Assembly (NCBI GenBank): GCA_002189035.1
Contig: NEEC01000018.1
Location: 682,001 to 746,000, forward strand
DNA from: Utricularia gibba
Lineage: Eukaryota; Plantae; Magnoliophyta
Length of the DNA stretch: 64,000 nt
Direction: 5' to 3'
Below the pieces are notes generated by a model. The model saw only the letters and a list, made by a program, of their open reading frames with translations. It searched no databases and had not been told where the DNA came from. This document shows positions 40,501-52,841 of this stretch, one piece after another (the stretch's first letter is position 1; each line of letters opens with the position of its first letter). A program made the translations under genes and the position numbers.

Positions 40501-43500
40501 ATGCCTACATAGCAAGTCTAAGTAAGGAGAAAAAGTTGATGCGTGTAACCTTGATTAGACCAGCTATTAATCCACCGAAATTTGGTCAAGATGATTCATT
40601 TTACCACATAGATGAAGGCAATGTCATTGGTGGGAGGATATTTAAGATTCTTTCTGGTGTTGGAGGAGTGCTGGTCCAAGTTGGTCCACACCATTACGGC
40701 AAGGTACATTTTATGGAGTTGGCTGATTCATGGGTGCCAAACCCTCTCTGTGGTTATCAAGAAGGCCAGTTTGTGAAATGTAAGGTTTTGGAAGTTTATT
40801 GTTCTGATAAGGGCACCGTCCATGTTGATTTATCACTGTGCTCAGCATCAGCCTCTTCACCTGACATGGAATCTACTGACCAAAGCAGCAATATGTAAGG
40901 ATATTTCCAAATTCTCTCATTGCAATTTAATATTGATAGGTCTACTATAATAGGGTAAACGTAACTTCTCTGTACCTCATACATGCATATCTTATCGTAA
41001 AGCATCCCACCTCTCAATATTAAAGCCCGCCTTTTTATCAGTTGGCACGAAAAACACTACAATTTTGGGCATTTCCATTATTTTTTCTGTTATATGAAAT
41101 ACTTTGCTTATTGAAAAGATGCTACCAAAGAAGATTTACTGAAACTTAATCCTTTGCAGGCTGGCCAGACGTGTCACTGATGTTAAAGATATTCTCCCCA
41201 ATATGGTTGTTAAGGTACCTAGAAATATGATTTATACTAGATATGCTAGTGGTATCCATGTTTTTTGTTTCTAAGCTTAATTTGATTTTTTCCAATGTTG
41301 CCCACGTGCAATTATAGTTTAAAGTTTCCATTCCCATCAATGTAACACTTTTTCCACCTACAGGGTTATGTAAAAAGTATCTCAAATAAAGGATGTTTCA
41401 TAATGCTTTCACGAAACATAGATGCCAAGATTCTCATATCAAATTTGTCGGACAATTACGTTGAACATCCAGAAAAGGAGTTTCCGGTCGGAACACTTGT
41501 GATGGGGAGGCAAGTCAATGTGTCCTTTTAATGTGTGGATTCTAGGGTGCTGATGTGACACATTCTCCATGTAGGGTTCTTTCAGTGGAGACATTGTCAA
41601 AACGTGTTGAAGTAACTCTTAGAACTTCAATTGGAATGTCTGGAAAAAGTTCAAATGCTGATTCCTTAGATGATATCCTCGTTGGCTCTGTTGTGTCTGG
41701 AAGAATCAAGCGTGTAGAGGCATATGGGTTGTTTATATTCATTGATGGAAAAAATGCAGTAAGTTAACTTCATGGGCTCATGATGAAATTTTAATTATCA
41801 AAAGTGGTAATGATTTTTTTAATCTATGATGTCAATCTTGAAAATGCTGAAGATTTGTCATTTCCTATAGTATGAATTTTCGTAATTAAAGAATCCACTT
41901 TGACTGAACCATGTGAGCTGAATTTTGTACTGTGCAGGTTGGATTATGTCATGTTTCAGAGATTTCTGATTGCCAAAGGGAAGATTTAGATGCAAAATAT
42001 TCTGTGGGACAAAATGTGACTGTTAAAATTTTGAAGGTAATTTTCGTCTCGCCTATTTAACACTAGTGTGTTTCATCCTAGGCCTTGAATAACTAAAGGA
42101 GCGCTTGAGTTGAATATTCTTTGTTCTAATATTTGGTCCTGCATTAATTCATTTTTTTAATCTAAGATTGGCACAGTTTTTCTTTCTTATTCCTTGTGTA
42201 TTAGCATGAAATAAGTTGTTCTAATTCCTATTTCAGGTGGACAAGGACAGAAATCGAGTTTCTCTTGGGATGAAGAGTTCATATCTGATGAACGAGGAAG
42301 AATTTTCGGTTTCTGAAGAACAAATTCGTGATCCATCCTTTACTAAGAAGGATTCTATTTCTTCAGCTGACATAGCTTTGGAAAACGACTACAGTGTTGC
42401 TTGCATTGGCGATAGTTCTCATGATATACCAGCAGTTTCTGAATCTAGGGCTCTTGTGCCACCTCTTGAGGTTCCTCTTGATGATGTCGAAGACCGTACT
42501 GCTGAAGGTGCCGCTGATGAAGAAATTTTGGTAATTTCTGCTGGCAGTAGTGAAGAGAAGACGCCCAAAAGAGGAAAAAAAGGAGCTAGATCACAGAGGT
42601 GAAAACATAATCTAATATTGCTTTAGTTTTATATATAACATGGTACTGCTAGTTTATGTCATGGTTGCTGCCTTGTGGATTATTAACTGAGGTTTTCTCC
42701 GTATGAATAGAGAGGTAGAAATTAGGGCTGCAGAGGAGAGGCTACGAAAAGATGGTATCCCAAGAAATACTGATGAATTCGAGAAACTTGTACGAAGTTC
42801 ACCAAACAGCAGCTTTATTTGGATAAAATACATGGAATTTATGCTATCTTTGGCGGATGTTGGTAAAGCTAGATCCATCGCAGAAAGGTAGGTTAAGTGT
42901 TTATTATTTACTCATGGCTTCCTTTTATTTTACGTTGCCTATTTTTTTATCCTCATATTATTGGCTTGTATGAGTTAGTCTGCGTAAAGCTTGTTGATTT
43001 TATGTATAAATCGTTCTGTAATCTGAATATATGTTAGATATCCATTTTCAATGAGGGGGTGCATGAAAACTCTGCATGTCTGGTGTGTTGAATGTAGAGA
43101 TTATTTTTATGGAGTTATTTAACTGTAAGATGTAAGGGCAGATGAATCTAACAGAACATCTCCTTTTGAATTCCTCTTTATAATAGTCGTACTTGGCTTG
43201 GATCCCTTGCAAGTTGCATGAATTGGTACCTCGATCCGGCCCCAGTAGGCCCATTTCCATGCGTATTTTCATTTTTGATAGTAGCATCCTGTTGCATTTG
43301 CTCAGTGGTCTGTAGTCACCTTGATTTGCAATGATAATATTTTCATTTTTCATTCTACCAAGTCATTTGTCGATGTTTCATTTTTCTTCTTCCTCGTTTC
43401 ATCTATTAGCTCTACGGTGTCTCAATTGATTCCAATGTTTTAGGGCATTGCAAACAATAAATATTAGAGAGGAGTCAGAGAAGCTTAACGTCTGGGTTGC

Positions 43501-44469
43501 TTATTTCAACATCGAAAGTGAGTATGGCAGTCCTCCTGAGGTACTATTACAATTATATGATCCATTTCTCGATGTAACTTGTCAGTGCAGATTTGTCATT
43601 TTGGGGTTTCTTTACCTGAGTGCCATGTTTTAAATCTCCAGGAAGCAGTTAACCAAGTGTTTCAACGAGCATTGCAAACTTGTGATCCCAAGAAGTTGCA
43701 CCTTGCTCTTCTGGGCATATATGAGGCCACAAAGCAGCATGACCTGGCTAATTGTCTTCTTGATAAAATGAAAAAAGCTTTCAAGCATTCTTGCAAGGTA
43801 CCAACATTTTTTCAGGTGGAAATTTTTTTTCCTGTGCTTACCAACAACTATTCTCCATAATGCCGCTTAGGTATGGCTGAGAAAGGTGGAATATCTTCTG
43901 AAAACGAACTCAAACGAGATTGAGTTGGTTGTAAAACGTGCAGCTGAGTGCTTGCCCCATCATAAGCAATTGAAGTTCAGATTGCAAACTGCCATCCGTG
44001 AATTCAAACTTGGAGTTCCAGACAGGGGTAGGTCAATGTTTGAGAACATTCTCAAGAACCATCCCAAGAGGACTGACGTATGGAGCATATATCTGGATCG
44101 GGTAAGCCCAGAAAATAACCCATGTTTTTTTTTGTCTCGATTGCCAAAAAGGAGAGATGCATTTGAGTTTGTACTGCGCTTAGTAAGTTGCCCTGATGTC
44201 AACAGGAAATCCACCTCGGCGACCAGGATCTCATTCGATCTTTGTTCGAAAGGGCAACAAGCTTGAGCCTTCCCCAAAGAAAATGAAGGTCCCGTGTTCC
44301 CACTTATGCTCTTGTGTTGCTCTCTGTCACTCGCACAACTCACATCTTCTCTGTGATTCAGTTTCTATTCAACAAGTATCTGAAGTATGAACAATCAGTG
44401 GGCGATGAAGAGCGCGAGGAGCTGGTGAAGAAGAAGGCAATGGAGTATGTGGAGAGTAGACTCACTTAG
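31597..44469 (+). CDS. RRP5: rRNA biogenesis protein RRP5 (S1 repeats plus C-terminal HAT/TPR), 40 exons; three 1-nt deletions break the frame as given; start at 31597 or 31645
   Basis: Motifs [34 protein letters not shown], repeated S1 domains ([44 protein letters not shown]), [46 protein letters not shown] and [10 protein letters not shown]. All 40 exons were phase-checked; only 34966-35150, 38531-38698 and 44206-44288 are each 1 nt short. Confidence 0.95.
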
Positions 44470-44586
44470 AAAGCCAACCGCAGGCCGCAGTTTTGTAGAT
44501 CAGTTGCCAAGTTAAGATTATAAACTTTGAGAGTCCTGAGTCGGAAATGCAAAAATGTTTCCTTCCTGCTCAGGTAAACGATATGG

Positions 44587-46804
44587 TTATGAAGGAAGAT
44601 AGCCGGATTTGGCCATGAGCTTGAGAAGGGAGTGGGCTTTTCTCTGGCCTCTCTCCGTCCCATTCCTCGACACCTCCACCACACTATCATACACTCCGTA
44701 TTGCAGCGCCGCCAGTATCAGGTTCCGGTTGCCGGTGCCCAGCGCCACCAACACTGCTGCCGCGCATTCTTGGTTCTTTTGGTTCCCCTCGCGGATCAGA
44801 TTCACCAGCGTCTCAATCATGTGAAGCTGCCCCACCTCTCTTCTCCCTTCCGTCGACTTCGCTAACACAAGCATCATCGACAGCGCTTCGTCCACCATCT
44901 CGTCTTGGTTTCTGTCGGTGATCACAGATTGGAGCACCGCCGCTATTCCGGCGTCGATTGCGTGGGATGTGTTGGTGCCGTCGTCATGGCAGATGTTGAT
45001 TAAAGCGGTCATCGCGTCTTTCTTGCCCCGTATTGTTCCCGTGCGGAGGAGATTCACCAGCGGTGCGATTCCGTTGAGGGCTGCGATTTTGACCTTGTTT
45101 TCTTCGAGCATCGAGAGGCTGAACAGCGCCGCCGCTGAGTTCCCCTTCGCGTCGATTGTTCCGTTCTCCAGGATCTCGATTATCGCGGGGAATGCTTTTT
45201 CTTGGGAGATAAGCTTCTTGTTCGATTGTTCAATCGACAGATTCAGAACAGCTGTCACTGCTTGTTCTTGGATTCTAGGATCCGGATACGAGAGGAGCTG
45301 CACGACTAACGGAATCCCGCCGGCCTCCGCGATTAGAGTTCTGTTCACGGCGCTTTCTTTTGACAGCTTCCGAATCTTCTCCACCGCTTCTCGCTGCTCA
45401 TCCAGCTTGCTTGAACTCAGGCTCTGAACCAGTGTCGATATCTCCTCCCTGTCTGCCGCCGTTGCCTCCTCCGCCCCCGCAACCGCCGCCGCGGCCTCTG
45501 AATTGTCCTTCTTGACAATCGGATAGTTGTTTTTTTCACACCATTGAAGAATCAGATTCTTGAGAGCGAAATTAGGCGCCAATGACAAATGTGATAGAAA
45601 TTGCCCTGTTTTGGGGCATGTCCTATTGGTATCCAACCAGTTCTGTATGCTCTCCCTCTCGTACGTCTGATGAGTGTGACATCTAGCATGAGTCTCTTAC
45701 CTGAAGAACAGAAACCATGATCGGAGAAACGAACCTGTCCGGTGGCAACGATGACAGGGTCCGTCATGATCTCCAATGTGATGGGGCATAGGAACTCATT
45801 GGGCACTCCCAAGTAGGCGCACTTGCTGGGGGATTTAGGCACATTGGAGTCATTAGCTTCGCCTGGGTTTTCGGCGGCAACCCCGGCGAGCGTCTTCAGC
45901 TTATTAAGCAGATTGACGATCTGCTGCGTAGTTTCCGACTTGGTGCCTTGACGTTCCTTGATGAGCTTGTTTATTGCCAGAGTTTCTTGGGTCAGTTCTT
46001 CAGGTGTTTGCAGTGAGAGCTTACTTGCGAGCCTCTCAAAACTTGCAATGTCTGCGTTTCTGTTGTCTTCGTTCGTGGTTGCTGCTGACGAGGCTACCAT
46101 CAGGTCCATTGTCAGTTCAATGTCTTGCGATTCTATTCTCTTCCTTGCTCTTCTCAGCTGCACTTGCAGCAGCTCTACCTTTTCAACCAGCCATTTGGTG
46201 TGCGTGAGGTGAAGTCATTACATGTTGGGAAAAACATTTCTTCAAACATGTTACCTGCTCTTTCTCTTCTTGGGAGATCTCCATTTCCTCGTAAGGCATT
46301 CCTTCAACAGCTTGACTTATCTTGTCGTAAACTGCTTTGAATCTCAGCATCATGGACTCGCTTTCTATCGCCTTGAATTCCAAACGCCAGATCTGAGAAG
46401 CCTGGTCGCAAGAAGCCAGAAGGATGGGGGAAAAAAAAGAACATTCTAACCAGAAAAATCTTGCTGCCGCCATGGCAAAGCTTCAGGAGCTTCTTTGCGG
46501 ATTGGAACGCTTTTATCAGCTTCTTCAAACATGCAATCGCCGAATCCGGCAAACTCGTCGACTTTTCGACGTCTCTGATCTCTTCCAACAATGGTGAAAA
46601 AAGCTTCATTCTCCTCACCAAGCTCTGGCATTCTTTCCTCTGCGTTCTCCTGAAGTCTCCTATCGATCTCAACGATTCGACGATGGCGATGGCTTCTTCC
46701 GCGAGAGTGTCATCCCCATCCTCCCTACGCGCCGGGATCGCGGATTCCTTCCTCTTCTCATTCTCGACGTCTTCCGAGACCCTCGTCTCTTGATCCGTAG
46801 CCAT
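44587..46804 (-). CDS. PUB15: U-box/ARM-repeat E3 ubiquitin ligase, PUB15-like, 4 exons, 664 aa
   Basis: Exons 46804-46451, 46371-46255, 46178-45735, 45666-44587 join in frame (1995 nt). N-terminal GDFRRTQRKEC..LVRRMKL, U-box [39 protein letters not shown], and ARM repeats (QEQAVTAVLNLSI, NSAAALFSLS, GTIRGKKDA). Confidence 0.93.
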
Positions 46805-47389
46805 GGGATCGACAGCCCCCACCCCCCGGAATTGGATGTGGATCAAGAAAAGAATGAATTGATGGATGGAATGCGTCTGCTCAAAAACACACGGTGGTGC
46901 TTGAGAACGCGGCCACCAACACAATCAGTCGTCCAATTATCTATAAATAAGGAACCCCGGTTCCTGAGACCTCAACAATAAATAGTTCATTCCACTTTTT
47001 TTTGAAGACAGATGCTGCTTAATTAACTGTTTTCTGCCTTGCAGCCCTTCTCCCGCACCTGGGCTTCGCCTTCTTCTTGGTGTGCCGAGATGTTGTCTCA
47101 TGCAACATTTGGCATGGTTTTACAGGTAGAGTGATTTGGGTGCACAGTAAGGCGCTAAGAGGCATCATCAATATCCAGTAAGAGAACGGACACAGGATCA
47201 TTTACATTAAGGAACTGAAACACAAGGACTTGCAGTGAGAGGGTAAGAGCAGCAGCAGAGGCAATGCAACCCCTCTCTGAGATGACTTTACATGCAAAAG
47301 AGGTCCCAGTTGGGACTCTGGATTGCATTATAGGGCAGGGGATATCATGACGCTGACACACCACATTTAGCAGTAGTCGTCCATGGGGA

Positions 47390-49148
47390 TTAGCTAGGGA
47401 TCCTCATGGGTTGGTTGAGACGTTCGCGCAAGCTTCGTGCTCTCCTGTATTCGATTTCTGCATCGGAGTTTGATGAGCCAAAAGGGTACTTCCGGGCAGA
47501 TCTTGAAGCTTGCATCCTGGAAAAGATGCCCTCATCATCACTCAGAATACGGCCGTCATGAACTATTATTCTTGGAGCATGTCCATGCTGCTTCTCCCCG
47601 CCATTATCTGAGGCATATAAAGCTTCAGTTTTCAACTGGATAGAAACCAAAATACCAAACAGCCATAGCACTAAAACTGTTTCCTTCTTTACCTTCAGGG
47701 GCAATAGTGTGACCAAGTCTGGCTTCGATGAGGTGTGAATCGAAAAGATCATGCCTTCTCTCCTTCACAACTGCTGATATAGAGGTTGGAGCTGAGTTGA
47801 GGTCTGGTTCAGCAGGATTCACAGAGTTCAACAGTGCCATGCTGAAGGAATCATCAGATTTTTCAGACATCTCGACATAATTAGTAGTTATGAGTTCATC
47901 TGCACTGAACCCAAAGGAAGCCCTGTATGCTTCAAGTTCCTCAGCATCTGGTTTGCAACTTTTATTCTGCTTGCTCTGGTAAGCATTACCGCCATTTGGA
48001 TAGGCATCCGATTCCTTGGAGATGCTTAGCCTTCCACCAGAATTAGAGAACGACGACAGGTCGTAGAACTGTGCAAATGTCTCTGGGCAGAAGAAGTTGG
48101 AATCTTGACGTGACTTGGAAGCACTATTAGTCTTGACCCCAAGAAACCTGCCCGAGTTGGATTTCATGTATCCTGAACCTTGAGAAATATCCCACTGAGA
48201 TGGAAACTCCCTTTCCCCACAGGATGACGGTGATAGACAATGACCTGGTGTTTTTGAAACAGGTGATCTAAGAGTGCTAGCCGGGCTTTCTGGATAGGGT
48301 GAGTAAGTGGCCGGAAAATCACTCCCAGAAGCATAACCACTTTTATCAGTGCCTTTGATTTTGGCAGATGATGAGAGGAAGCGTGCATATGGAACGTCAG
48401 GTGAAGATGGGGTTGTCAGGTGGGCCAGCTCCGGCGGAGGGGTCAGAGGAGCTGTGGATGGCTCAGTTGTGAATGTTGAGAACACAGGTGGAGATACAAG
48501 CTGAGTCTCATGGGCATATGGACCAGTGACAAACATGGTAGAGGAAGGTCCTCCAGGAGAACTGGCAGAAAGAAAGCAGCTGGGGGACTGAACAGTTGAT
48601 GGAATAGCAGAATTTGAAAATGATGCTGGAGATGATGGAGGGGCAAAAATAGACAAAGCAATTCCAGTAGGCTGATTTGGTAATCCACCAATACGAGGAC
48701 CATTTGGTTGATTAGACAGAGCATTGGCTTCAGGAACGCGAGATGCTGGAACAATTCGCTTGCCACCCTTTTGTTTATGGAAGAAGGATAGACCACCCCA
48801 ACAGCCTCCCCACCTCTTGCGCTGCCAATGTATCAGAATCACATAAGGATACTGAGCAAGAAAATACAATGTAACAGAAAGATTGACAAAGAACCCAAAA
48901 GGGAGAGTGAAACCCTTGGAGCATGAACTGAAAAACACCAAAAAACTTGAAAACACACGCAGATATTCATGATATGCCTATTCTGTGGAGCTTAATGCAG
49001 TATCATTATGCTGCCTTGGTGAGTAAAGACATGTAAAAAGGGAAAATGTATGCATCACCAGATAAGAGCGTAAGAGTTATCAAAATCTGCATACCCGAGG
49101 TGCTGGTGGATCTGGTGGCTGCAGAAATCGATTCCGCTCCAATGCCAT
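47390..49148 (-). CDS. Uncharacterised Ser/Pro-rich protein of the At1g76660 family, 3 coding exons, 466 aa
   Basis: Exons 49148-49095 (MALERNRF..), 48821-47693 and 47607-47390 join in frame. Family motifs RKRWGGCW, KGGKRIVPASR, APPSSPASF, GPYAHETQLVSPPVFSTFTTEPSTAP.TPPPE, PSSPDVPYA, YRASFGFSADE and SDAEIEYRR.RSLRE. Confidence 0.9.
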
Positions 49149-50999
49149 ACAAAGTTGACTTTCTGATGCCCCAATATGCTCTTTGCACTTTCAAGTTGTT
49201 TCAGAGAGCCAGAATCACAGTTGAATCAGAGAGACTACTCCAACTCTCAACCTATGTGCCTTTAGAACTGAAAATATTAAAGAGAAACATTTATAGGAAT
49301 AAATCAAGCAATAAGAACCAACGCAAGGACTCAAACGTGAAACAGCAACCGAACAAGTCCTCTGTACCCACTAAAGATATCAAGTAAAAGGGGTTTCTTT
49401 CGTGCTTCTTCTCTAGAATCATGAATTTTTCAATCATAATCTGCTTTATGGACATGGAAAAGTAAAAGTTGGAGCGCTAGTTCCAATCACTCAACATACC
49501 CATTCCTAGATCAACACGATCTTGAGTACACTTTTGCATTTCATTTCGACGCTTGAAATAGATAATACGATCTTACCAAGCTACTAAAACATCATAGCAT
49601 TCCATTTCTTGTAACACTGTAAAACAAAAACGGGGCCCTAGAGAAAGTGGGGGGAAAAAACACACTGTAAGCACATGATTTTTGCAACAAAAATAAAATC
49701 TATACAAGCTTCAAACACACTTGTCCCCAAGTCAACCAACGTTGGCAAGAAAAAAGCTTGAGTGTAAACAAGTAAAAACTCGGCAGCCCAGGAAACGCAC
49801 AAGAAAAACAAACAAGAAAATCAAGGTGACTAAAGCAGGCAGACAGATAAGGAAAATGCACAAGTACCCACACTTAAAGTGATCCCACGCTTCATGAAAC
49901 CAGCAATGAGATCTGCAGAAGCGGAGTGATATCATCCATCCAGCAAAGTTTTTGGGAGCAAGAGAAAGGCAGTTGTTATAGCGTGTAAAAGGGAAAAATA
50001 AAGGCGAAGGCCCAGATCCAATCCTCCGAGCCGACCGCTCCCCTGGGTCTTTGTGAATGATCGAAATGGCCGTGAAATTAGGCCCCTTATCGCTGCTTTT
50101 CGTAAACTGAGAGTGGCCTAAACCCAGCCTCGGCTGTCTCTTAATCACTTGTTCACCCTCCCCATAAGAAATCACTAACCACCACTCTTGGATCCCGAGA
50201 ATGACGCTGCTGCTTCAACTTCTTCACAATCTGACAGGTTATATGAAAAGATGGCGACTGAAATACCATTAATATCCCACCACCGTCTTTGTACGGCTCC
50301 ACAAAAACGTATTGTATGTGATAACAAGAATGGCATCTTCCATTATTCCCCGGCACCCCTCCACGCCCCCTTCTTTGTCATCCTGACTGCTAAATACAGA
50401 CAACACACATCTGTTAACAAATCTGATTTCCGACTTTGCTGACTCATTCTTAGAAGTAACCACAAGTAAATAGGTTAATTGGTTATTGAGAATCTTACAA
50501 CCCATAGTACATGAAATATCTTGTAAATTTGTCCGAACCAGTAGAATTGTAAGTTCTTGAATCAAATTCCGATAAAATTCTTGTTCTTAAACTTCATAGT
50601 TTTCGACCCAAAGAAGATAGAACTGCATTGGCTGGGGAAATACTCATCTATCGGTGTAGGAGATTTCATTATAATTTACTTGAAAATGATGACAATCACA
50701 ATCCTTGGTAGGTATGGAGATAGCATCATCAGGTACTCTTACAACTACAGGTATTTATTACTCAGCTTCAAAGGCACTGCTACAGATCCCAGCCCACCAT
50801 ACAACTTGGTTAAAATACAGGGACAAAAAACAATAAGCGTGAAAAAACAGACGACCAAATCTTAATGGTATGTCCAACCAAATTCATGACATATTATTAA
50901 TGAAAAGGCAGGCTTTCTAGGTTTTAGGGATAGAGGCGTCTCCTCTAATCCCATGCAACAATTGTTATGGGGCATATCCATACGTAGAGAAGGTGGAAG

Positions 51000-52841
51000 C
51001 TAAAGGAAGTTCCGGATGTCCAGTGACTTTACATCAGGCATTTCTTCATTCTTGAAATCTTCCCTGCACAGAATATGGAAGTAAAAAAAAAAAGGTCTGC
51101 ATCGAGTAAGCTGTTATAAAAAATGGAAGTCAGCGCGTGCAGTGTGCTAGGATGAGCACAGCGTTGGTGTGGGGGCTAAAGGCCTACCTCTTCTTTTGGG
51201 TTTCCATTGCCTGAACAGCGTCCTCCTTCAGTTCCTCGAGTTGAGCTTGTGCGATTTTGAGTTCCAGTTGTTCCTCATATTTAGGAAGATCCGCAGGGCG
51301 AATGCCAAGCCTGGATGAGGTTTAGCAGGCAGTTAAACAGGAAAAAATAAATCAATAAATTTAGATATCCATGACCATAACATCATAATGAACCAAATTT
51401 AGTGGATTTTCGCAGACATTCATGAAGTAAAAAGAGATGTTCTCCTATGAAAGCAAATCACAATTTCCTTAAACATACTTTTGGTTGATCTTATCAAATT
51501 CTCCCTTGAGGAGGGTCATTCCCTTCTTATCATTTCTCAGAAGTGGCTTTTTCAACTCTTTCTCGATTTTATCCAGCGCCTCAATAATCATATTTTCTGC
51601 ACCCAATTCATCAATAATGCCCCTCCCATCACATTATGGATATCACATTATGTATATCAATCATCATATACAGATCAAATCCTATTCTAAAATCAATTTA
51701 CAAGATTGAGATACAGCATACTTGACTCTTATGTCTTTTAAAGCTAGCAGATAGGATCGGGCATCAGGAATATCACGCGTTTGGGTTTCAATGGTTTTTT
51801 TGATCCTCTGTGACTCGGAGAGAAAGCCAGCCCTGGAAATACGTGGACCCAAGTTGAACATCATCATATTTAGTTACTAAGAAGTCGAGTGGCAACAAAC
51901 ACTAGGTAATGAACATGAAATTACTTAATAAATGATAGGATGACATGAAAACATAATAAGTAATTGCAACCAAAAGTTTTATAGACTTATGTTTATTCCA
52001 TAAAAAGATAAAGTAAAACTTCAGAAAAAAAAAAAAAAAAAGAAGCATAAGAAGAAGAGTAGAACACGTTACTTTTCTCTTACAGTCTTCATGACCTTGG
52101 CATACTGAGCCACGGCACTAGGATCCTCAGGATCTATAGTGATCTTCTCTTTGCGTAAGACCCCCATGGCTGCCTCAAATTTATTCTTCACTTCGACAAA
52201 AATACCCTTCAAAATTTCTTTAGAAGTACACACTAATGGTAAGAAGCTAGAACCCCAGGCTTAAAATCAATTCCTAGAGCTCAAATTAGGATATTCAAAC
52301 TAACATCACAATATGCATTCTTCTTGCCATCACCGCGTATCAACAACCAAACATGAGAACCAGAAAATCAGAAAACACCTGGTATTCAAATCCATCAAAA
52401 CTCTTCCACCAACAGCATTCATTTACCGACCAGACCATATAAATCAAATCAACAAACTAACAACTTTTGACAGAAATCAAGGCTTACCATCGCTCTTCAA
52501 CGCAGAGGATGCACTGGCGGCTCCTTTCGAGAAGGAACGAGTAGATGCATAACATGTCGACCCCAGAGTACGTTGTCCAGAACATAACTGAAACGAGATT
52601 TCGAAGAATAAATACTCAACGATAAAAAAAAAAAAAAAGAAAAAAAAACTCAACTCCATCCATTTGAATACTAAGATAACCCATAAAATGACTACCAATG
52701 CCCGAAAAACGTCCGTAGTCACTCGACTGCTGCAGTTAGCAAACCGAATGCAGCAACAAAAAAAGAGAGAGAGAGAGAGACGGCGACTGAAGAATCAACC
52801 TGTCCCTTAGATCGGGAGAGCAAACGAGCGGCGAAAGCCAT
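51000..52841 (-). CDS. MGP1: Mitochondrial ATP synthase 24 kDa subunit (FAd, MALE GAMETOPHYTE DEFECTIVE 1), 7 exons, ~242 aa
   Basis: Exons 52841-52800, 52587-52488, 52217-52073, 51832-51722, 51622-51479, 51310-51188, 51063-51000. Transit peptide MAFAARLLSRS, then LKGIFVEVK.KFE, KITIDPEDPSAV.QYAKVMKTVREK, LGIR..DLPKYEEQLELKIA, and the C-terminus MPDVKSLDIRNFL. Confidence 0.94.

Noticed and set aside
44609-46793. Long plus-strand ORFs (169 aa, 110 aa and others) antisense to the PUB gene
   Set aside because: They are explained by codon bias of the sense gene and have no recognisable domains.
49149-50450. Possible long, spliced 5' leader with upstream ORFs for the At1g76660-like gene (ORFs 49732-50175, 50153-50356)
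   Set aside because: The transcription start and leader introns cannot be fixed from sequence, and no conserved uORF peptide was recognised.
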